Notes: generated from the letters alone by a model not told the origin. 64,000 bases of DNA from Alphaproteobacteria bacterium (GCA_963667785.2 CAXXMU010000001.1:640001-704000); one strand, 5' to 3'; positions 1 through 11,225 are shown, numbered from the stretch's first letter. Made by a program: numbers and translations.

Positions 1-771
1 CTCCTGGTCCGCGCGCGCGGCCTGCACGTCGCGGAACGACGCGATCACGGCCTCCGGCGGCGCGATGTCCTGCGGCTCGACCTGGGTGATCTCGATGCCG
101 GCGCCGTAATAGTCGAGGATCGACTGCGTGAGCTCGTGCGTCTGCTGGGCCAGCAGCAGGCGTTCCTCGGCCAGCGCCGACTGCAGCCGCGACTTGCCGA
201 TCACCTCGCGCATGGCGCTCTCGGCCGCGTCCTTCACCGTGCGCTCCGGCGCCTGGATGTTGAACAGGTACTGGCCGGCGTCCTGGATGCGCCAGAAGAC
301 GGTGAACTTCACGTCGATGATGTTCTCGTCGCCGGTGAGCATCAGGCTCTCGTCCGGCACCGCCCGCGTGAAGGCGCCCCGCTGGGAATCGACCAGGGTG
401 CGATAGCCGATCTCGGCCCGGTTGATCTTCGTCACCTTGGGCCTGATGACCGTTTCGAACGGCCAGGGCAGGTGATAGTTGAGGCCCGGCTGGGTGGTCT
501 TGGTCCACTCGCCCCAGCGCAGCACGACTCCCTGCTCGTCGGGCTCGACCCGGTAGAACCCGGTCAGCAGCCAGATTCCGATCACCACCAGAAGGAGCAG
601 GATCAGCCCGCGGCCGCCGCGCAGCCCGGGCATCCATCTGCGGAAGCGGTCCTGTCCGCGCCGCAGCATCTCTTCGAGATCCGGCGGAGGGGGTTGCTGT
701 CCACGGCGACCGCCGCCCGGCGAGCGACCCCAGGGTCCGCTCCCACCGCCGCCGCCACTAGACCAAGTCAT
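1..771 (-). CDS. hflK: FtsH protease modulator HflK (3' end beyond window)
   Basis: Manual translation from ATG at 771: MTWSSGGGGGSGPWG...PPPDLEEMLRRGQDRF, then a TM helix and an SPFH domain (MLTGDENIIDV). Not in the ORF track because it runs off the window. Confidence 0.92.
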   Translation of the reverse strand, partial: MTWSSGGGGGSGPWGRSPGGGRRGQQPPPPDLEEMLRRGQDRFRRWMPGLRGGRGLILLLLVVIGIWLLTGFYRVEPDEQGVVLRWGEWTKTTQPGLNYHLPWPFETVIRPKVTKINRAEIGYRTLVDSQRGAFTRAVPDESLMLTGDENIIDVKFTVFWRIQDAGQYLFNIQAPERTVKDAAESAMREVIGKSRLQSALAEERLLLAQQTHELTQSILDYYGAGIEITQVEPQDIAPPEAVIASFRDVQAARADQE

Positions 772-901
772 GAATCGGCCTTCCCGCCAAGGCTATGCAA
801 GCTGCCATCGGCGCCTTATAAGTCATGCGGTTGCCGCACGCAACGGCGCGTATACGCGCGTAAAGCTGGCCGCGGCACGGCCCCCGGGGCGGAGCGGAAC
901 G

Positions 902-2050
902 ATGGCGTCGGTCACCAAGGAACAGGTTCTGGCTGCGCTCGCCGATGTCGCGGACCCCGACAGCGGGCAGAACGTCATCGCGGCCGGCCTCGTCAGCGGC
1001 GTCGTCGTGCGCGACGGCAACGTCGGCTTCGCTCTCGAGGTCGACCCGGACGACGGCGCGGCGAAGGAGCCGCTGCGCAAGGCGTGCGAGACCGCGGTCG
1101 AGCGGCTGCCGGGCGTGCTCTCGGTCACCGCCGTGCTCACCGCCGAGAAGCCGGCCGGCCCCGCCCGCGCACAGGGGCAGGCACACGGCCACACCCACGG
1201 CGGGCAGGCCGGGGCGGCGGGGCAGGCGCAGCCGGGCGCCCAGCTCCTGCCGGGGGTGAAGAGCGTCATCGCCATCGCGTCCGGCAAGGGCGGCGTCGGC
1301 AAGTCGACGACCGCCGTGAACATCGCCACTGCCATGGCCTCCCAGAACGTGCGGGTGGGCCTTCTGGACTGCGACATCTACGGCCCCTCGATCCCGCGCA
1401 TGCTCAACCTCAGCGGGCAGCCCGAGGTGGTGGGGGAGCGCACCCTGCGCCCGATGGCCAACTACGGCATCAAGTGCATGTCGATCGGCTTCCTGGTCGC
1501 CGAGGACACCGCCATGATCTGGCGCGGACCCATGGTCATGCAGGCGCTCGAGCAGATGATGCGCGACGTCGAATGGGGCGAGCTCGACGTGCTGCTCTGC
1601 GACCTGCCGCCCGGCACCGGCGACGCGCAGCTCACCATGGCGCAGCGGGTGCCGCTGACCGGCGCGGTGATCGTCTCCACTCCGCAGGACATCGCGCTGC
1701 TCGACGTGACCCGGGGCATCAACATGTTCCAGCAGGTCAACGTGCCGATCTTCGGGGTGGTGGAGAACATGAGCTACTACGTCTGCCCGGAATGCGGCCA
1801 CCGCGCCGAGCTCTTCCACCACGGCGGCGCGCGCGAGACGGCGCAGCGGCTCGGAGTCGATTTCCTGGGCGAGATACCGCTCGACATGGCGATCCGCACG
1901 ACCTCGGATTCGGGCCACCCGATCGTGGTCACCCAGCCGGAGAGCCCGCATGCGGCCGCCTACCGGCGGATCGCCTCGGGCCTGGTCGACAAGGCGAGCG
2001 CGGCGGTGGGCGGCGCGGGGCGGGCGCAGCCACGCATCGTCATGATGTGA
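902..2050 (+). CDS. mrp: Mrp/ApbC Fe-S cluster carrier ATPase
   Basis: IASGKGGVGKST P-loop, WRGPMV, DLPPGTGD, ENMS-CPECG motifs. Start trimmed to MASVTKEQV. Confidence 0.95.
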   Translation: MASVTKEQVLAALADVADPDSGQNVIAAGLVSGVVVRDGNVGFALEVDPDDGAAKEPLRKACETAVERLPGVLSVTAVLTAEKPAGPARAQGQAHGHTHGGQAGAAGQAQPGAQLLPGVKSVIAIASGKGGVGKSTTAVNIATAMASQNVRVGLLDCDIYGPSIPRMLNLSGQPEVVGERTLRPMANYGIKCMSIGFLVAEDTAMIWRGPMVMQALEQMMRDVEWGELDVLLCDLPPGTGDAQLTMAQRVPLTGAVIVSTPQDIALLDVTRGINMFQQVNVPIFGVVENMSYYVCPECGHRAELFHHGGARETAQRLGVDFLGEIPLDMAIRTTSDSGHPIVVTQPESPHAAAYRRIASGLVDKASAAVGGAGRAQPRIVMM

Positions 2051-2062
2051 GGCGGGCCGCCG

Positions 2063-2746
2063 ATGGCGCGCAGGTCGAGCGACGACGTCATCCGGACTTT
2101 GGCGGCTCGTCTGGGCCGCAGGCGGTGGATCGGCGCATGCCTCCTCGCCCTCCTCGTCGCGCTGCTCGCAGCAGGCTGCACCCCCTCGGTGCCGGACCGT
2201 CAGCAGGACGTCTGCGCTGTCTTCGAGCAGCATCCCGACTGGTACGACTACGCCAGCGACGCTGCCGACGAATGGGGCACGCCGATCCACGTTCTCATGG
2301 CCTTCGTGCAGCGCGAATCGAGCTTCCGCAGCGACGCCAGGCCGCCCCGCAAGTACGTGCTGTGGTTCATCCCCTGGGGCCGGGTCTCGTCGGCCAAGGG
2401 GTATGCCCAGGCGCAGGACCCGGCCTGGGAGGACTACACCAGGGATCGGGGCTCGTGGTTCCGCAGCCGCGGGGACATGGAGGACGCCCTCGATTTCATC
2501 GGCTGGTACAACGACGGGACGGCGCGCGAGCTGGGGATCGCCAGGGACGACGCCTACAACCTCTATCTCGCCTATCACGAGGGGAGGGGCGGCTACCGGC
2601 GCGGCACCTGGAAGAAGAAGCCGGAGGTGCAGGGCTACGCGCGGCGGGTGGCGGAGACGGCGCAGAGCTACCAGGCGCAGCTCAAGCGCTGCGAGGAGGA
2701 TTACCGCTGCGATTCCTGGTACCAGCTATGGCCCTTCTGCAGCTAG
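2063..2746 (+). CDS. Lipoprotein with lytic-transglycosylase-like (SLT) domain
   Basis: Lipobox LAAGC; ESSF motif, [20 protein letters not shown]. Confidence 0.75.
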   Translation: MARRSSDDVIRTLAARLGRRRWIGACLLALLVALLAAGCTPSVPDRQQDVCAVFEQHPDWYDYASDAADEWGTPIHVLMAFVQRESSFRSDARPPRKYVLWFIPWGRVSSAKGYAQAQDPAWEDYTRDRGSWFRSRGDMEDALDFIGWYNDGTARELGIARDDAYNLYLAYHEGRGGYRRGTWKKKPEVQGYARRVAETAQSYQAQLKRCEEDYRCDSWYQLWPFCS

Positions 2747-3778
2747 CCCCAGCACGGCCATGAGCTCGCGCCATTCGCGCCTGGAAAGGCCGCTCGACTC
2801 CTGATCGACCGCATCGCCGGCGAGCATGCGCCTGACCACGTCGAGCCCGCCGGAAGACAGCGACGCCGCGTTCATCGCGTAGTCCCGGAAGGCCCGGCAG
2901 GTCTCCGGCACCCAGCGCGAGACGATCCTGTCGAGGATCACGTCGGCATAGGCGCGGATCTCGTATTGGGCGTGGGCGTCCGCCCGGAGCGAGAGGAAGT
3001 GCAACAGGTTGTGCAGGTCGATCTTCCAGTAGAACTGGGTGTAGTAGTTGACCGGCAGCGCGGCGCGCGCGAGCTCGCGGGCGAGGCCGGCTCGGTCGGG
3101 ATGCTTCTTCTCGCCGCTCTCGAGTTCGTTGAGCAGGTTCTCGTAGACGCCGTAGGCGCGGGTCGAGACCCAGTTGATGCGCGACAGCGCCTCCCGGGCC
3201 TCCTCGTCCGCCAGGTCGTCGTCCCGGCCCTGCTTGTTGCTCCCGGACTGCGCGGCCAGCTCCTCGCGCTCCGCCGCCGCCTCCCGCCACCCGAACAGGT
3301 CGTCCATGCCGCTGCTGCTGGCCCGCTGGCGCGCGATCTGCTCTTCCAGGACCGATTGGAGATGGGTCGGGTCGGGCACGTAGAACTCGCGGTCGAGCCT
3401 GGAATAGCGCGCGGAATACTCGTTCACGCTGGCGGTGCGGTGGCGGAGCCACTGGCGGGCGACGAAGATGGGCGCCTTGATGTGCAGCTTGATCTCGCAC
3501 ATCTCGAAGGGCGTGGTGTGGCGGTGGCGCAGCAGGTAGCGGATCAGCGCCCGGTCCTCCCGCACCTTGCGTGTGCCCGCGCCGTAGGAGACCCGAGCCG
3601 CCTGAACGATCGCCCCGTCGTCCCCCATGTAGTCGATGACGCGGACGAAGCCGTGGTCGAGCACGTCGAAGCGCTCGTAGAGGACTTCCTCCAGCGCCGG
3701 CACCGTGACGCGCCTGGTCCTCTCCCAGGCGGCGCGCTGGGCCTCGATCTCCGCCCGCTTGTGGTCGTCGATCGGCAT
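2726..3778 (-). CDS. thyX: Flavin-dependent thymidylate synthase ThyX
   Basis: [14 protein letters not shown] (RHRx7S), [27 protein letters not shown]. Start at 3778 or 3790. Confidence 0.95.
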   Translation of the reverse strand: MPIDDHKRAEIEAQRAAWERTRRVTVPALEEVLYERFDVLDHGFVRVIDYMGDDGAIVQAARVSYGAGTRKVREDRALIRYLLRHRHTTPFEMCEIKLHIKAPIFVARQWLRHRTASVNEYSARYSRLDREFYVPDPTHLQSVLEEQIARQRASSSGMDDLFGWREAAAEREELAAQSGSNKQGRDDDLADEEAREALSRINWVSTRAYGVYENLLNELESGEKKHPDRAGLARELARAALPVNYYTQFYWKIDLHNLLHFLSLRADAHAQYEIRAYADVILDRIVSRWVPETCRAFRDYAMNAASLSSGGLDVVRRMLAGDAVDQESSGLSRREWRELMAVLGLAAEGP

Positions 3779-3904
3779 GAAGAGGGGCATCCCCGGCGAG
3801 GTGAAGCGGCGGATCGCGCCCGCAATCATACCGCGCTCCCGCTGTCGCGTGCAGGGGCGCCGGTGCGGCTTCCCATGCGGGCCGCGAGCACCTATATTGA
3901 CGGG

Positions 3905-4183
3905 GTCGGCGGGAGACCGTCGACTATGGCGATAAACGCCGTTCGAAATAAGCGTTGCGGACCCGGGGGCAGTACCCGGCGCCTCCACCACCCGGCCGGC
4001 AGACCGGATCACGGGGGCGAACCAGGATCGACGTGCGTGGTAAAGGTGCGGTCTTCGCCCGGCATGGTACCGCCGTTATCGGGCCAACTCAGAGGTGCGA
4101 ACGACAACGAAGTCGCACTCGCTGCCTAGCATCGCTAGGTAAGCGCGGCTCGGGGGGCGCCGGGCAACAGAAGCCCCCCACTC
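3905..4183 (+). ncRNA. ssrA: Two-piece (circularly permuted) tmRNA; tag reading frame ANDNEVALAA*
   Basis: Acceptor 3' end ...CCCGGCGCCTCCACCA (ends 3990) precedes the 5' end GGGGGCGAACCAGGATCGAC (4013). Tag codons 4097-4129; -10 TATATT at 3893-3898. Outer ends approximate. Confidence 0.93.
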
Positions 4184-4320
4184 AGGCCAGCCCTGCGCAG
4201 GACGCACGCCCGGAAGCGATGCGGGCCGTGACCCCGCCGAAGCATCCGCGCTAAGCTGCCCTGCATCGCCGGGCCGAGACGAGCACGGCCTCGGGCACGG
4301 ACAGAGGCGCGGGCGCGATC

Positions 4321-4902
4321 ATGGGCGCGGATTCGGGCAAGGATCTCATCGGCTACAACGCGCTGGTCGAGAACGGGCTTCGCACGGTCGTCCGCGAGGC
4401 GCTCCGCCGCGTTGCCGAAGAGGGCTGGCCCGGCACCCATCACGCCTACCTCACCTTCAGGACCGGCGCCCCCGGCGTCGCGGTCCCCGACTTCCTGCGC
4501 CAGCGCTATCCGGAGGAGTTGACGATCGTCCTGCAGCATCAGTTCTGGGGCCTGGAGGTGGGCGAGGAGTCGTTCTCGGTAACGCTGAGCTTCAACAAGG
4601 TGGGCCAGCGCATCACCGTGCCCTTCGCCGCGCTCACGAGCTACGCGGACCCCTCGATCAAGTTCGGTCTTCAATTCGGGCAGGCCCTGCAGCCGGGCAG
4701 GAAGGCCGGCGCGAAACGGCGGCGGCCCGCGGCGGCGGACGCCCCGCCCGATGCACGCGGAGAGGAGTCCGCGCCAGCGGCGCGTGGAGAGAGGGTCGAG
4801 CCGGAGACGTCGGCAGAAGAGCCGGACGCGACGCGGGAAGCCAACGGAGAAGAGGCAGGCGGCGACAAGGTCGTCGCGCTGGACCGGTTCCGCAAGAAGT
4901 AG
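4321..4902 (+). CDS. sspB: Alphaproteobacterial ClpXP adaptor SspB
   Basis: YPEELTIVLQHQFW, DPSIKFGLQF, C-terminal VVALDRFRKK; adjacent to ssrA. Confidence 0.9.
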   Translation: MGADSGKDLIGYNALVENGLRTVVREALRRVAEEGWPGTHHAYLTFRTGAPGVAVPDFLRQRYPEELTIVLQHQFWGLEVGEESFSVTLSFNKVGQRITVPFAALTSYADPSIKFGLQFGQALQPGRKAGAKRRRPAAADAPPDARGEESAPAARGERVEPETSAEEPDATREANGEEAGGDKVVALDRFRKK

Positions 4903-4912
4903 GCGGCCTCGC

Positions 4913-5686
4913 CTATTCCTCCCACTCGAGATTGCCGCAGACGCCGATCAGCTGGCCCGTGATGTTGCGGGCCGCGTCCTGCGCCAGGAAGAACGCCGCT
5001 TCCGCGACCTCCTCGCAGTCGATGAGCGAGCGCGTGGAGATGAAGCTCACGTAGCGCTCGTGCGCCTCCTGGACCGTCTGCCCCCGCTCGGCCGCGAGAT
5101 GCGTGATGAGCCGCCTGCCGCGCGGGTTGTCGATGATGCCGGGCAGGATGGCGTTGCAGCGAATGCCGAAGGGGCCGAGCTCGCGCGCGAGGTTCCGGGT
5201 CATGCCGTCCACGGCGCACTTGGAGGTGACGTAGGAGGTCCTGAGCGGCATCCCCACCCGGGTCGACGCGGTGGAGATGTTGATGATCGCTCCCGCCCCT
5301 CGCGCCTTCATGACCGGCACGGCGCGCTTGATGCAGTGGAACATCCCGTGGAGGTTGACGTCGATCACCCGGTACCACTCGTCGTCCTCGATCTCCTCCA
5401 CCGGCGCCCGGGGTCCGCTGATGCCGGCGTTGTTCACCAGCACGTCGATGGTCCCGAGTGCCGACAGCCCTTCCTCGAACCAGCGCCCGACCGCGTCGGC
5501 CGAACCCACGTCGGCGATGCTGCCGGACATGCCGGGATTGGCGGCGAGCGCGACCTCCAGGCTCTCTTCCGTGAGGCAGCAGATGTGAACGCGGGCGCCT
5601 TCGGCGCAGAAGCGCTCGGCGACGGCCTTGCCGATGCTGCGGCCGGCGCCGGTGACCATCACGGCCTGCGGCGTCTCTTTCGCCAT
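4913..5686 (-). CDS. SDR family NAD(P)-dependent oxidoreductase
   Basis: TGAGRSIG, NNAG, YVTSK (YxxxK). Start trimmed to MAKETPQ after GAGGAGG. Confidence 0.9.
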   Translation of the reverse strand: MAKETPQAVMVTGAGRSIGKAVAERFCAEGARVHICCLTEESLEVALAANPGMSGSIADVGSADAVGRWFEEGLSALGTIDVLVNNAGISGPRAPVEEIEDDEWYRVIDVNLHGMFHCIKRAVPVMKARGAGAIINISTASTRVGMPLRTSYVTSKCAVDGMTRNLARELGPFGIRCNAILPGIIDNPRGRRLITHLAAERGQTVQEAHERYVSFISTRSLIDCEEVAEAAFFLAQDAARNITGQLIGVCGNLEWEE

Positions 5687-5810
5687 GGCACCCTCCTCGT
5701 CCTTGCTCGCCGACGGCGCGAGGATAGGCCGCGCCGACGCCTCACGCCAAACGCTCCGCCTGCTGCCGCCGGTGTGGTAAGGGAAACCGGCAACCGGAAG
5801 GGGCACGGCC

Positions 5811-7217
<1,407 letters not shown>

Positions 7218-7221
7218 CCCC

Positions 7222-9243
7222 CTAGAGCGCCGCGGTCGCGGTGCGAAGCCAGGCCAGCGTCGCCTCGTCGCCCGCCAGCAGCGGCACGAGCGTCTCCGCC
7301 ACGCGCGCGTGATAGCCGTCGAGCCAGGCGCGCTCGCCTTCCGTCAGCATGGCGGGCTCGATGAGCGCCCGGTCGATGGGCGCGAGCGTGAGCGTCTCGA
7401 AACCGAGGAAGCCGTCGTCGTCGCCATCGGCAGGCGCGACCGCCACCAGGTTCTCGATGCGGATGCCGTAGGCGCCGGTCTCGTAGTGGCCGGGCTCGTT
7501 GGAGACCACCATGCCGGGCGCGAGTGCGGCCGCGCTGCCGAGGCGGGAGATGCGCTGCGGGCCCTCGTGCACGTTGAGGTAGGCACCCACGCCGTGGCCC
7601 GTGCCGTGATCGTAGTCGAGGCCCTCCTGCCAGAGGAACTGGCGGGCGAGCGTATCGAGCTGGGCGCCGGTGGTGCCGCGCGGGAAGCGCGCCGTCGCCA
7701 GCGCAATGTGTCCGCGCAGCACCCGGGTGAAACGATCGCGGTGCTCGGGCTCCGGCGGGCCGATCGCGACGGTGCGGGTCACGTCCGTGGTACCGTCGAG
7801 ATACTGCCCGCCTGAATCCACCAGATAGAGGAAGCCCGGCTCGAGGGTCCGGTTGCTCTCGGCCGTGACCCGGTAGTGAACGATGGCCCCGTTGGGGCCG
7901 GCGCCGGAGATCGTGTCGAAGCTCGGACCCCGGTAGTGCTCGCCGCCGGCGCGCATGGCCGCGAGGCGGTCCGCCGCATCGAGCTCGCTGACGGAGCCGG
8001 GCGGCGCGGCCGCGAGCCATGCCAGGAAGCGCACGAGCGCCGCGCCGTCCCGGCGATGGGCTGCACGGATGCCGGCGAGCTCGACTTCGTTCTTGCACGC
8101 CTTGGGGAGCGCGCAGGGATCGGCGCCACGCACCACCCGGGCGCCCCCTTCGGCCAGGCGGTCGATCATCCAGACCGGCGTCGCCGCCTCGTCGACCAGC
8201 ACCGCCTTGCCCGCACCGGCGAGGCGATCGAGGACGCCCGCCAGCGCTCCCGGCGGCCGTACCCGCACCGCATTGCCGAGATGGGCAGGCACCTCGGGCA
8301 GCAGCTTGCGTGCGTCCACGAACCAGTCCACGCCGCCATCGCCGTCGACGACCGCGAACGAGTGCGGCAGCGGGCTGTTGGCGACATCGGCGCCGCGCAC
8401 GTTGAGCAGCCAGGCGATCGAATCGGGCGCGCTCAGGATGGCGGCCTCCGCCCCTTTCTCTGCGAGGCGGCCGGCGACGGCGTCGCGCTTCTCGCTCGCA
8501 TCCCTGCCGGCGAAGCGCACCGGGTGGGGCGCGATGGGGCCGAGCGGCGGCGGTGGCTGGTCCGCCCACAGCGCGTCGATGGGGTTCTGCTCGCAGGCGA
8601 CCAGGCGTGCGCCGGCGGCCTCGCACGGCGCCGCCAGCCGGTCGCGCTCTCGCGCGCCGTGCAGGGCAGGGTCGTAGCCGAGCGCCGCACCCTCCGAGAG
8701 ATGCTCCTTGAGCCACGCATCGGCCGGCGCGTCGGTCATGTGGCGATGCTCGTAGAGGGAGCCGTCCACCTGCGCCGCCGCCTGCAGCACGTAGCGCCCG
8801 TCGACGAAGAGCGCCGCCCGTTCCCCGAGCACGATCGCCATGCCGGCCGAGCCGGTGAAGCCGGTCAGCCAGGCGAGGCGCTGCGCCCGGCGCGCGACGT
8901 ACTCGCCCTGGTGCTCGTCGCTGAGGGGGACCACGAAGCCGTCGAGGCCGCGCCTCGCGAGCTCCGCCCTGAGCGCCGCGAGCCGCGCCGCCGGCTCGGG
9001 CGCATCGATGCCGTCGGCTGCCTCGGCGCAAGATCGGCGCAACTCCTCGAGCCGGTCGGCAAGCGCGCCCGTGGCCTGGGCATCGGGCAGGATCAGGCGC
9101 AGCCAGCCCCGGTCCCGCACGTCCGCCGCGGCGACGCCCTGCACCAGCGCCTCGACCTCTCCTGCGGATCTCTCGATCCCGGCCGCGGCGAGCGCCTGCG
9201 CCAGCCCCTCGCGCCGGCCCGTTGTCGTGGTGTCCTCCGGCAT
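7222..9243 (-). CDS. Xaa-Pro aminopeptidase (M24B) with N-terminal extension
   Basis: DSGGQYLDGTTDVTRT, HGTGHGVG, VHEGP, SNEPG, GIRIEN metal ligands. Confidence 0.93.
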   Translation of the reverse strand: MPEDTTTTGRREGLAQALAAAGIERSAGEVEALVQGVAAADVRDRGWLRLILPDAQATGALADRLEELRRSCAEAADGIDAPEPAARLAALRAELARRGLDGFVVPLSDEHQGEYVARRAQRLAWLTGFTGSAGMAIVLGERAALFVDGRYVLQAAAQVDGSLYEHRHMTDAPADAWLKEHLSEGAALGYDPALHGARERDRLAAPCEAAGARLVACEQNPIDALWADQPPPPLGPIAPHPVRFAGRDASEKRDAVAGRLAEKGAEAAILSAPDSIAWLLNVRGADVANSPLPHSFAVVDGDGGVDWFVDARKLLPEVPAHLGNAVRVRPPGALAGVLDRLAGAGKAVLVDEAATPVWMIDRLAEGGARVVRGADPCALPKACKNEVELAGIRAAHRRDGAALVRFLAWLAAAPPGSVSELDAADRLAAMRAGGEHYRGPSFDTISGAGPNGAIVHYRVTAESNRTLEPGFLYLVDSGGQYLDGTTDVTRTVAIGPPEPEHRDRFTRVLRGHIALATARFPRGTTGAQLDTLARQFLWQEGLDYDHGTGHGVGAYLNVHEGPQRISRLGSAAALAPGMVVSNEPGHYETGAYGIRIENLVAVAPADGDDDGFLGFETLTLAPIDRALIEPAMLTEGERAWLDGYHARVAETLVPLLAGDEATLAWLRTATAAL

Positions 9244-9267
9244 GGGGCGTTTCTGCCAGCGCGCCGC

Positions 9268-10173
9268 TCATGCCGTCAATATCAGCGTGACCCAGTCGCC
9301 CACCGGAACGCGGCGCCGGAGCCTGAGACGGGCGGCACGGCAGGCGGACAGCACCAGTCGCTCCTCGGCGGCGAGAATGCCCGAAAGGACCGCCGCGCCG
9401 CGCGGGCGCAAGCGCCGGGCGAGGGCCGGCGCCATCGCCGCGATCGGCCGCGCCCTTATGTTGGCGCAGATCAGGTCGGCCCGCCCGCCCCCGACCGCAT
9501 GGCCGGCGGGGAGGCCCACCGCCTGCACCACCGTCACCCGGCGGGAGAGCGCGTTCCGCCGCACCGTCGCCCGCGCCGCGGCCACCGCCAGCGGATCGAC
9601 GTCCGTCGCGATGATCCGGGCCGGCCAGAGCCGCGCCGCCGCCACCGCGAGAATGCCGGAGCCGGTGCCGATATCGAACGCGAGCCGCACCCGCTGGCGT
9701 CGTGCCAGCCAGTCGAGCGCGAGCAGGCAGCCCCGGGTCGTCTCGTGGCGGCCGGAGCCGAAGGCGGGCCCAGCGTCGACGGCGAGCGCGAGGCGCCGGT
9801 GTGGCACGGCCTCGTGCGTGCCCCGGATGTTGAGCCGGCCCACGGATACGGGCGGAAACGAGGCGAGCGACTGCGCGGCCCAGTCGACGGCCGGCACGGG
9901 CTGCACGGCCTCGGTCTCGGGCGCGACGCCGGCCGCTTGCAGCAGCGCCAGCAGCCGAGCGGGCCGCGCATCGCCCGGCAACGGGCCGGCGCCGATGAGT
10001 GTCGCGCGCAGCCGGTCCTCCGGCGCCTCCCGGACCGGATGGGCGGCCTCGATCATCTCGGCCACCACGGCGTCGGCATTCTCGGCGAGCGCCGGCTCCA
10101 GCGCCTCGAAGGCGGCGCGCGTGAGGGTGAGCGAGAGCCGCCAGCCTGCGGCCTCCTCGCCGCCCGCGCTCAT
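9268..10173 (-). CDS. prmA: Ribosomal protein L11 methyltransferase
   Basis: AFGSGRHETTRGCL, DIGTGSGILA, ANI, LSGIL. Confidence 0.9.
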   Translation of the reverse strand: MSAGGEEAAGWRLSLTLTRAAFEALEPALAENADAVVAEMIEAAHPVREAPEDRLRATLIGAGPLPGDARPARLLALLQAAGVAPETEAVQPVPAVDWAAQSLASFPPVSVGRLNIRGTHEAVPHRRLALAVDAGPAFGSGRHETTRGCLLALDWLARRQRVRLAFDIGTGSGILAVAAARLWPARIIATDVDPLAVAAARATVRRNALSRRVTVVQAVGLPAGHAVGGGRADLICANIRARPIAAMAPALARRLRPRGAAVLSGILAAEERLVLSACRAARLRLRRRVPVGDWVTLILTA

Positions 10174-10244
10174 CGCAAGCGCCCCCGGTGCGGCGCAATC
10201 CCGGCTATGATGGGGAGGCGGACAAGCACCGTCGGAGAGATGTG

Positions 10245-10949
10245 ATGCCCGAGATACCGGACTGGCAGCGCTTCCTGAGCGAAGACGACAGGACCACCAT
10301 CGAGAGCGGCCGCTGGGCGCGGCGCGTCGGCTTCGGCGCCCGACCCGCCGTCATCCTCATCGACGTGCAGAACTACATGGTGGGGGAGGAGGGCAATCAC
10401 GACCTCGCCGCCTACCCCTATAGCTGCGCTACCGGCTGGGCTGCGGTACGGCAGACCGCGCGCATCGTCGACACGGCGCGGGCCGCGCGCGCGCCGGTGA
10501 TCTACACCCGCTTCGCCATCGACCGCACGGTGGGCGATGCCGGGCTCTTCGACGCCAAGATCGGCGCGGAGGCGGGCGAGAACGTCTATTTCGAGGGCAC
10601 CCACGGCGGCGAGATCGTGGCGGACGTGGCGCCCCGGCCGGAAGACCTGGTCTTCACCAAGAAGAAGCCGAGCTCGTTCCACGGTACGCCTCTCCTGCCC
10701 TATCTGATCGACCGCAGCATCGATACGCTGATCGTCACCGGCGGCGCCACCTGCAACTGCGTGCGCGCGACGGTCTTCGACGCCTTCTCCTACAACTATC
10801 GCACCATCGTACCGGCGGATGCGGTGTTCGACCGCCTGCCGATCTCCCACGAGATCAACCTGTTCGACATGAACCGCTGCTCGGCGGATGTGACGGACAC
10901 GGACGCCGTGCTCGCCTACCTCGGCGACATGGCCCAGCGCGCGGCCTAA
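10245..10949 (+). CDS. Isochorismatase-family cysteine hydrolase (N-carbamoylsarcosine/maleamate amidohydrolase-like)
   Basis: D-K-C triad: LIDVQ, KKKPSSF, TGGATCNCVRAT. Confidence 0.85.
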   Translation: MPEIPDWQRFLSEDDRTTIESGRWARRVGFGARPAVILIDVQNYMVGEEGNHDLAAYPYSCATGWAAVRQTARIVDTARAARAPVIYTRFAIDRTVGDAGLFDAKIGAEAGENVYFEGTHGGEIVADVAPRPEDLVFTKKKPSSFHGTPLLPYLIDRSIDTLIVTGGATCNCVRATVFDAFSYNYRTIVPADAVFDRLPISHEINLFDMNRCSADVTDTDAVLAYLGDMAQRAA

Positions 10950-11127
10950 ACTCAGACTCACGTATCCCTCAGTCGCCGGGCGCTCGCTCCGCGAGCTTGG
11001 CTTTCGCGCCATTCGGCGCGCGGCGCGGTTGCGCCGTCCGGGCCTGCGGCCCGGTCCTCCCACAATCTCACTCCCTGCGTTGACCGGCCGCTGATGCCGG
11101 CGACGGCGCCACCTGCTATAGTGGGTG

Positions 11128-11225
11128 CGGGAGGTCGGCGGCGGACGGCTTTCTCGCCAACCCGGTCAGGTCCGGAAGGAAGCAGCCGTAACGAGCTTCA
11201 AGCCGGGTCGTCCGCCGGCCTCCTG
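11128..11225 (+). ncRNA. ffs: Signal recognition particle RNA (4.5S)
   Basis: Domain IV motif GTCAGGTCCGGAAGGAAGCAGC at about 11165-11186, complementary ends, -10 TATAGT at 11117, upstream of dnaX. Confidence 0.93.

Noticed and set aside
846-859. Perfect palindrome GCGCGTATACGCGC between hflK and mrp
   Set aside because: May be only divergent -10 elements within GC repeats; no regulator can be assigned.
136-2763. Long Arg/Gly/Ala-rich ORFs in the track (e.g. 136..2763, 7214..10198, 57068..60817)
   Set aside because: Shadow frames of real genes in GC-rich DNA; no recognisable motifs.
3260-3358. ThyX insert as a mini-intein
   Set aside because: Too short and lacks Cys/Ser start and His-Asn end residues.
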